64,000 bases of DNA from Lytechinus pictus (taxonomy: Eukaryota): contig NC_087248.1 in the NCBI RefSeq assembly GCF_037042905.1, positions 9,672,001 through 9,736,000 on the forward strand. The letters are read 5' to 3'. Every line of letters starts with the position of its first letter. Positions within the stretch are counted from its first letter, which is position 1. Below are positions 63,396 to 64,000 of the stretch, piece by piece. The notes under the pieces are model-generated. The model searched no databases. It was not told the origin of the DNA and saw only the letters and a list, made by a program, of their open reading frames with translations. A program made the position numbers and the translations under genes.

Positions 63396-63468
63396 GCCCG
63401 GTTAGCTCAGTCGGTAGAGCATCAGACTTTTAATCTGAGGGTCGCGGGTTCGAGTCCCTCATCGGGCG
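63396..63468 (+). tRNA. trnK: tRNA-Lys(TTT)
   Basis: Array consensus. Confidence 0.92.
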
Positions 63469-63884
63469 ATGTTTATCATTTTTCATGAGAGTTATGAAAC
63501 AATGCAAAATTTTCAAAGGCCTTTTACTTATTTGACGTCTAAGTCTTATCTTCATAAATTTTGAACTTTATTGTAAAAACCCTGTTAATCAGCCTCAACT
63601 TATTTGTAATACGAATTGTTTAAAGTATTATAAATAATGAAATACCAAATAATTAACATTAATGTATAGACTTAATAATTAAGAAGCTCTTTATTGAATG
63701 ACATGTCTAAACAAATACATGCAATTTCTATTGTTCATAGAAGAGTTAAACCATGTTTTAGATTATCGATAGTATTTGAGATGAAATGTTTTAAAACATT
63801 AAGAGTTTGTGAAGTAATTACTTAATGACATAATCGGCTCACTTATCTGAATTCGATCCTTTTAAAATCTATATCTATACAACA

Positions 63885-63957
63885 ACCCGGTTAGCTCAGT
63901 CGGTAGAGCATCAGACTTTTAATCTGAGGGTCGCGGGTTCGAGTCCCTCATCGGGTG
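63885..63957 (+). tRNA. trnK: tRNA-Lys(TTT), A1-T72 pair
   Basis: acccgg...tcgggtg. Confidence 0.85.
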
Positions 63958-64000
63958 ATGTTTATCATTTTTCATGAAATTATGAAACAATGCAACATTT

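Larger units (their letters stand above)
28711..64000 (+). repeat. Tandem tRNA-Lys array (78 copies), monomer ~450-490 bp, with higher-order repeats
   Basis: 73-nt consensus GCCCGGTTAGCTCAGTCGGTAGAGCATCAGACT(T/C)TTAATCTGAGGGTCGCGGGTTCGAGTCCCTCATCGGGCG with A/B boxes and a downstream T-run, separated by homologous AT-rich spacers. Confidence 0.97.

Noticed and set aside
28711-64000. CRISPR-like repeat/spacer array
   Set aside because: Repeats are 73-nt tRNA genes, spacers are ~400 bp and homologous to each other, there are no cas genes, and the context is eukaryotic.

Overview
AT-rich eukaryotic (animal) genomic DNA. The repeat families and lectin type suggest a marine invertebrate, probably a sea urchin (inference). 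Left part (1-~28.7 kb): two spliced genes reconstructed by hand, mostly invisible to the ORF track. (i) A minus-strand gene with at least 6 exons (24675 down to <1) encodes a stand-alone bacterial-type amino-acid solute-binding protein (SBP_bac_3/PBP2, HisJ/ArgT-like). (ii) A complete 6-exon plus-strand gene (1929-16593) encodes a ~260-aa secreted EGF + C-type lectin protein and lies entirely inside the ~20-kb intron of gene (i). The introns are packed with MITEs, a Helentron-like element with ~160-bp internal repeats, and LINE 3' remnants, several of them nested. Right part (28711-64000): a head-to-tail array of 78 tRNA-Lys genes/pseudogenes by manual count (62 TTT, 16 CTT, all on one gene body), about 450-490 bp apart and running off the window. 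It is organised into higher-order repeats of 1418, 3993, 3012, 1865 and ~1425 bp. All coordinates and counts are from manual reading; no searches were run.
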